Source: Sphingopyxis sp. (lineage in GTDB: Bacteria > Pseudomonadota > Alphaproteobacteria > Sphingomonadales > Sphingomonadaceae). Taken from it: a DNA stretch of 64,000 nucleotides. Within the stretch, counting starts at the first letter, position 1; every line of letters begins with the position of its first letter. A model generated the notes under the pieces. It saw only the letters and a program-made list of their open reading frames with translations. It did not search any database and had not been told where the DNA came from. This document shows, piece by piece, positions 59,340-64,000 of this stretch. The stretch is from positions 8,617 through 72,616 of the forward strand of contig JANRIY010000050.1 in the NCBI GenBank assembly GCA_033764495.1, written 5' to 3'. The position numbers and the translations under genes are program-made.

Positions 59340-59399
59340 TGCCTTTCAGGCATCCTCTCCCAAAACTTTCACAGGGCCACCCTCGGGTGGCCCTTTTTT
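59340..59399 (+). ncRNA. candidate small RNA with an anti-SD motif (5' end uncertain, could lie as far upstream as about 59260)
   Basis: A plus-strand intrinsic terminator with no plus-strand CDS upstream. UCCUCUCC at 59353-59360 lies in the linker before the terminator. Possible promoter: TTGCAC (59306-59311), N16, CAATAT (59328-59333). Confidence 0.35.
59374..59399 (+). terminator. rho-independent terminator
   Basis: GGGCCACC(C)-TC-(G)GGTGGCCC forms an 8-9 bp GC stem, followed by TTTTTT (59394-59399). Confidence 0.8.
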
Positions 59400-59430
59400 C
59401 TTGGGCGCGGCGCCCTCCGCCGGCTCTCCT

Positions 59431-59892
59431 TTAGCTCTGGTCGGGCATTATCGCTTCGAATCGCCGCACCTCGGCGATAAAGCTACCGGGCAATGGCTCG
59501 GTTTCGCCGCTGTCCAGGCCGACATGAGCAAAGGTCAGCGTGACGTCGCACAGCCGCTCGTCGCCACGGAACATCCCGCAATGCAGCGTGAATTGATCGC
59601 GTCCGAACCAGGCCACGCGCGCGCCGATGGTAACGATCTCGTCCAGCCGCGCCGGGGCATGATAATCGATTTCGGCATTCACCACGACAATATCGGTCAG
59701 ATATTGCTGGAAATATTGCTCGGGCAATCCTTCGCCCAGTGCACGGAAATATTCGGTCAAGCCAAGATCGGCATAGACCAGATAGTTGCTGCTATAGACC
59801 ACACCGGTGCGGTCGAGCTCGTTGAAGCGCACGCGCGCATCATGCTGCATGCGGAACTGCGCCTTGGGGACGGCGTGAAAGCGATCATCCAT
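59431..59892 (-). CDS. acyl-CoA thioesterase (4HBT/YbgC-like hotdog fold)
   Basis: 153 aa. ...VRFNELDRTGVVYSSNYLVYADLGLTEYFRALG... is typical of the hotdog thioesterase N-terminus with a catalytic Asp. Confidence 0.75.
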   Translation of the reverse strand: MDDRFHAVPKAQFRMQHDARVRFNELDRTGVVYSSNYLVYADLGLTEYFRALGEGLPEQYFQQYLTDIVVVNAEIDYHAPARLDEIVTIGARVAWFGRDQFTLHCGMFRGDERLCDVTLTFAHVGLDSGETEPLPGSFIAEVRRFEAIMPDQS

Positions 59893-59899
59893 GACGGGT

Positions 59900-61720
59900 T
59901 CAGGCGGCGAGCGCTGGCTGCGCGATGCCGAGCGGAGCTGTCGCGCTTCTTAACCAATCCAGCTCTTCATCATTCATTCCATGTGCCAACTTGGCAAAAA
60001 CATCGGCGTGATAGGCATTGAACCAGGCAATTTCCGCAGGCGACATCAGCGCCGCGTCGATCAAAGTCTTGTCGATCGGGGCGAATGTGATGGTTTCAAA
60101 TGCCAGCATCGGCTGTTCAGCATCGGCCAGCGGCGCGGGTACCACCAGCACCAGATTTTCGATGCGGATGCCAAATTCGCCGGTCTTATAATAACCAGGC
60201 TCGTTCGACAGAATCATCCCCGCGTGCAGCGGCTCTTCGGTCCCAGCTTGCCCGCCCGATGGCTTGGCAATGCGCGCGGGCCCTTCGTGCACCGCAAGGT
60301 AGGTGCCGACGCCGTGGCCGGTGCCATGCGCGTAATCGACCCCGTCAGCCCATAGAAATTGCCGGGCCAGCGTGTCGAGCTGGCTGCCGCGCGTGCCAAC
60401 CGGAAAGCGCGCAGTGGCGAGCGCGATATGACCCTTCAACACCTGCGTGAAGCGACGTTTCATTTCCGCGGTTGGCTCGCCAATCGCGACGGTGCGCGTG
60501 ATGTCGGTCGTGCCATCGGGATATTGGCCACCCGAATCAACGAGGTAAATCCCCTGCATTGGCAAAGGCGCGCTATTCTCCGGGTCGAAACGGTAATGCG
60601 GGCTCGCCGCATTGCCCCCCGCTGCGGAGATTGTGTCGAACGATAAATCTCTCAAATCGCCACTCATCTCACGAAAGCCGCGCAACTTGTCGGCAACGCT
60701 TGCCTCGGTCAGCCCGCCCGCCGGGGTGGCGCCCTCCAGCCAGCGCAGGAAGCGCGTCACCGCAACGCCGTCGCGTACATGGGCATTTTTCATGCCGGCG
60801 ATCTCGACAGGATTCTTGCACGCCTTGGGTAGCACGGCAGGATCGCGGCGGCGCACGATGGTCGCTCCGCCATCCTCCAGCGCCTTAAAGATCGCCGCGA
60901 CCGCGCGCTCGGGGTCGGTGGCAACGCGCTTGCCCTGCATCGCCGTCAATGCCGCGGTCAGCGCACCATAATCGTGCAGCCGCACACTATTGCCCAAATG
61001 CTGGCGCACCGGGTCGGTCACTTTGTCGGGCGCGATGAACAAATCGGCGGTCGCGTCGGCGTGGATGATGGCAAAGGCCAGCCCCACCGGCGTCCGCGCC
61101 ACATCCGCCCCGCGCAAGTTGAACGTCCAAGCGACCGAATCGAGCGCGGTCATCACGGTCGCGTCCAGCCCCTCGGCCTTCAGCCAGTCGGCGATGGTGG
61201 CGCGCTTGGCGCTCGCGCTCTGCCCCGCCAGCGCATCGCTGTGCACCGCCACCGGCGCGGCGCTGGGCGCGGGGCGGTCATTCCACACCGCATCGATGGG
61301 GTTGCGCGCCACTGCGACCAACTCGGCCCCCTTGGCGGCGAGCTGGGCGGCGGTCGATTTTACCCAGTCAACGCCGTGCAGCCATGGATCATAGCCAATC
61401 CGCTGTCCCGCCGACACATTGTCGGCCAGCCACGCCGCCACGCTCGACGCCGGCACATCGACATAGTCATAATCCGCGCCGCTGACCTGCTGGCCAACTT
61501 GCAACGTATAGCGCCCGTCGGTGAACATCGCCGCCTTGTCGGCCAGTACCGCCGCCGTCCCCGCCGACCCGCCAAAGCCCGTCAACCACGCCAGCCGCTG
61601 CGCATAGTCGCCGACATATTCGGACATATGTTCGTCGCTGATGGGGATGACGAAGCCATCGAGGCCGTCGGCGGTGAGCTGCGCGCGCAGTGCGGCAAGG
61701 CGGGCAGAATATGGCGACAT
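59900..61720 (-). CDS. aminopeptidase P family (M24B) protein
   Basis: ATG at 61718-61720 (MSPYSARLAALRAQL...). Metal-binding motifs DSGGQY, HGTGHGVG, SNEPGYY and IRIEN. Confidence 0.85.
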   Translation of the reverse strand: MSPYSARLAALRAQLTADGLDGFVIPISDEHMSEYVGDYAQRLAWLTGFGGSAGTAAVLADKAAMFTDGRYTLQVGQQVSGADYDYVDVPASSVAAWLADNVSAGQRIGYDPWLHGVDWVKSTAAQLAAKGAELVAVARNPIDAVWNDRPAPSAAPVAVHSDALAGQSASAKRATIADWLKAEGLDATVMTALDSVAWTFNLRGADVARTPVGLAFAIIHADATADLFIAPDKVTDPVRQHLGNSVRLHDYGALTAALTAMQGKRVATDPERAVAAIFKALEDGGATIVRRRDPAVLPKACKNPVEIAGMKNAHVRDGVAVTRFLRWLEGATPAGGLTEASVADKLRGFREMSGDLRDLSFDTISAAGGNAASPHYRFDPENSAPLPMQGIYLVDSGGQYPDGTTDITRTVAIGEPTAEMKRRFTQVLKGHIALATARFPVGTRGSQLDTLARQFLWADGVDYAHGTGHGVGTYLAVHEGPARIAKPSGGQAGTEEPLHAGMILSNEPGYYKTGEFGIRIENLVLVVPAPLADAEQPMLAFETITFAPIDKTLIDAALMSPAEIAWFNAYHADVFAKLAHGMNDEELDWLRSATAPLGIAQPALAA

Positions 61721-61872
61721 GGGGTTCCAGACTGTTGCGTTGATGGTGGCAGCATAGCTGCCGCACGCTCCAAGGGAAAGCATTTGCCACGGTGTTGCCG
61801 CGTCCGCATGGTCCCGCGGGGCGGCTCACCACCACAGCCTTTGCTGCCCGGCAAAGCAGCGGAGAGAGAATC

Positions 61873-62646
61873 ATGAGCGGTTTCCAGAACAAGGTCGTCC
61901 TGATCACGGGGGCGACATCGGGCCTTGGCGCGACCGCGGCGGTGTCGCTGGCCAGCAAGGGCGCCAAGGTCGCCATCACCGGGCGGCGCGAGGAACAGGG
62001 CCACGCTGTGGTTGCGCAAATGGAAGCGGCCGGCGGCGAAGGAATGTTCATCCAAAGCGACGTCACGGTTCAGGCCGATGTCGATGCGATGGTCGCGAAA
62101 ACTGTTGATCGCTTTGGGCGGCTCGACGGCGCGGTGAACAATGCGGGCATAACAGGCGGTATGTTTAAGCCGGCCGCCGACTTTTCCGACGAGGACTGGC
62201 ACAGCGTCATCGACATCAACCTGACCGGCGTCTTCGCCAGCATGCGCGCTCAAATCCCTGCAATGCTCGCGAGCGGCGGCGGTTCGATTATCAACATTTC
62301 GTCGATGTACGGCCTGAACGGCGGCGACATCGGCAATTGCGGCTATGTGAACAGCAAATGGGGCGTCATTGGTCTGACCAAGACCGCCGCGATCGATTAT
62401 GCGCAGGCGGGCATCCGCGTGAACGCCATCTGCCCCGGCTATTGCCATTCGGAAATGGTGGACCCCTATGCCGAAGCCGAACCGGCGTTGTTCGAAAAGC
62501 TGCTCGAACGATATACCGCATCGGGAAAGCTCGGCGAATCGCACGTCGTCGCCGACGCGATCGAATTTCTGCTCTCTCACCAATCGAGCTTTATTAGCGG
62601 TGCCGCCATCCCGGTTCAAGGCGGTCAGCATTCGCGCCTGTATTAG
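61873..62646 (+). CDS. SDR family oxidoreductase
   Basis: GGAGAGAG, then ATG at 61873. TGATSGLG Rossmann motif, NNAG, and Y...K (YVNSK). Confidence 0.85.
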   Translation: MSGFQNKVVLITGATSGLGATAAVSLASKGAKVAITGRREEQGHAVVAQMEAAGGEGMFIQSDVTVQADVDAMVAKTVDRFGRLDGAVNNAGITGGMFKPAADFSDEDWHSVIDINLTGVFASMRAQIPAMLASGGGSIINISSMYGLNGGDIGNCGYVNSKWGVIGLTKTAAIDYAQAGIRVNAICPGYCHSEMVDPYAEAEPALFEKLLERYTASGKLGESHVVADAIEFLLSHQSSFISGAAIPVQGGQHSRLY

Positions 62647-62741
62647 GCGCGCGGCCTTTATCGCGGCCAGAAAAATCCGCTAGCCGCACTGCGGCAGATT
62701 GTGCCAATGACCGGCGGTTGATCCTGCCGGAGCCTGAATTG

Positions 62742-64000
62742 ATGCGTGCTACAGCCATCTTTGCCCTTGCCGTCGCTGCCGCCTTTTCGGCCCCTGCCCT
62801 TGCCCAGAAAGCCCCCATGACCGAACCGACCGCATCACCCGTCCAGCCCCCAATTGCCAAGAAAATCCCGCACAATATGGTGCGCCACGGCGTAACGATG
62901 GTCGACAATTACCACTGGCTCAAGGATCAGGGTTACCCCAAGATCGATGACCAGCCGGTGCTCGATTATCTGAATGCGGAAAATGCATATTTCGATGCGG
63001 TGATGAAGCCGCATGCGGCGCTCACCGAGCGGTTGTTTCAGGAGATGCGTGGACGCATCAAGGAAGCCGACGCCAGCGTGCCCCAAAAGGATGGCGATTA
63101 CCTTTATTGGGTCGAATATGAGGAGGGTGCCGAATATAAGAAATGGTATCGCAAGCCTGTCTCGGGCGGCGATGCGCAGCTGATTTTAGACGAGGTCGCG
63201 CTAGCCGAGGGCAAGGAATATTTCCGCCTTGGCGCCTTCTCGGTCAGTCCCAACGGCAAGCTGCTGGCGTTCAGCGTCGACGATAATGGCTCCGAACGCT
63301 TCGAGGTTCGTTTTCGTGATCTGACGACCGGGGCGATGCTAACCGATGTAATACCTGGCACCTTGTCGTCGCTGGTCTGGGCTGAAAACAACAATGTGTT
63401 GCTCTATGGCCTCGCCAACGAAAATTGGCGCACCGACAATGTTTGGATGCACGTCATCGGCACCAAACAAAGCGAAGATGTGCAGATTTTCAAGGAAGCC
63501 GACCCTGGCTTCGGCGTCGGCATCGGCACCACCGCCGCCGACGATTATATCGTCATCGCCACCGGCGACAATGAAACCAGTGAGGTTTATTTACTCCCTG
63601 CCGACGAACCGAATGCGCAGCCTATGCTGGTGTCGAAGCGACAAAAAGGCCGCGAATACAGCGTCGATGTGCGTGAGAAAACGCTTTATATTCTCACCAA
63701 CGACGAACATCCCAATTTCCGTGTTGCCACCGCCAGCCTTGATACGCCTGATAATTGGACGACGCTGATCGCCGGGTCAGACGATGTCTACATCACCGAC
63801 CTATCCATTTTTCGGGACTATTTCGTGCTTGAGACGCGCGAGGGCGGCTTGGACCAGATTGACTTGCGCAGCTATGCCGCGCCGACGGTGGCGGGACGAA
63901 TCAAATTTCCTGAAACTACCTATGTTGCGGGGTTGGGCGACAATCCCGAATATCATCAGGACAAATTGCGCATCGATTATGAATCGATGATCACGCCAGA
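62742..64000 (+). CDS. S9A prolyl oligopeptidase family, oligopeptidase B-like, N-terminal part (3' end outside the window)
   Basis: ATG at 62742 with a signal peptide (MRATAIFALAVAAAFSAPALAQ). DNYHWLKD...VLDYLNAENAYF is the typical PtrB N-terminus. The frame stays open to the window end, so it is absent from the ORF track. Confidence 0.75.
   Translation, partial: MRATAIFALAVAAAFSAPALAQKAPMTEPTASPVQPPIAKKIPHNMVRHGVTMVDNYHWLKDQGYPKIDDQPVLDYLNAENAYFDAVMKPHAALTERLFQEMRGRIKEADASVPQKDGDYLYWVEYEEGAEYKKWYRKPVSGGDAQLILDEVALAEGKEYFRLGAFSVSPNGKLLAFSVDDNGSERFEVRFRDLTTGAMLTDVIPGTLSSLVWAENNNVLLYGLANENWRTDNVWMHVIGTKQSEDVQIFKEADPGFGVGIGTTAADDYIVIATGDNETSEVYLLPADEPNAQPMLVSKRQKGREYSVDVREKTLYILTNDEHPNFRVATASLDTPDNWTTLIAGSDDVYITDLSIFRDYFVLETREGGLDQIDLRSYAAPTVAGRIKFPETTYVAGLGDNPEYHQDKLRIDYESMITP

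Noticed and set aside
59256-59480. A 74-aa ORF beginning MLKCDCKFCNCECAFRSC, which looks metallothionein- or RiPP-like (Cys-x-Cys repeats).
   Set aside because: It starts at a TTG with no SD. Its third codon positions are AT-rich, unlike every confident gene here. It reads straight through a strong intrinsic terminator and into the antisense of the thioesterase gene. The Cys codons are simply the TGCA/TGC repeats read in one frame. It is kept only as a remote alternative to the regulatory-DNA/sRNA interpretation.

Overview
This 64-kb window comes from a high-GC (roughly 65%) alphaproteobacterial chromosome. Synteny such as DUF3576-leuS-lptE-holA, and the repeat types, look Sphingomonadales-like; that assignment is inference. 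It is densely packed core genome. I call 60 CDS, with adk truncated at the left edge and an oligopeptidase B gene running off the right edge. By eye I saw no rRNA, tRNA, CRISPR array, transposase, integrase or phage gene.

Housekeeping content:
- Replication and repair: mutS, gyrB, ssb, holA, an MmcB-like protein, an Lhr-like helicase and PdeM.
- Translation: pheST, rplT, rpmI, leuS.
- Metabolism and regulation: maeB, glnD, glsA.
- Envelope: bamE, lptE, a PBP1A-family protein, a TonB-dependent receptor.
- Iron uptake: feoAB.
- Riboflavin genes, split into two oppositely oriented loci.

Most start codons were chosen by eye from the ORF track plus RBS and overlap context, so they may be off by a few codons.

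Best candidate for an uncharacterised system: a six-gene, translationally coupled module at 14870-21055. It consists of a DUF4129 protein, a DUF4350 protein, a MoxR AAA+ ATPase, a DUF58 (VWA-like) protein, a SpoIIM-like membrane protein and an RDD membrane protein. Five of the six are membrane-anchored and none has an assigned function. A nitroreductase and a lipoprotein gene are packed directly behind it.

Other items worth a second look:
- An AT-rich, TGCA-dense intergenic region (59164-59430) that ends in a strong plus-strand intrinsic terminator with no upstream plus-strand CDS. It carries a UCCUCUCC anti-Shine-Dalgarno motif, so it is a candidate sRNA.
- A RibB-type gene with an N-terminal Cro/C1-like HTH extension and a C-terminal RibA-like domain lacking all three zinc cysteines (RibBX-like). 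It is preceded by a 16-bp inverted repeat and an SD-sequestering hairpin rather than an FMN riboswitch.
- REPIN-like doublet repeats whose hairpins are kept intact by compensatory substitutions.
- A 22-bp tandem repeat and a coupled 10-codon uORF in front of the MoxR module.
- An Lhr/PdeM pair that lacks the usual ligase and is interrupted by a single-chain double-DTG retropepsin-like protease.

All family assignments come from reading the translations and need HMM or BLAST confirmation.
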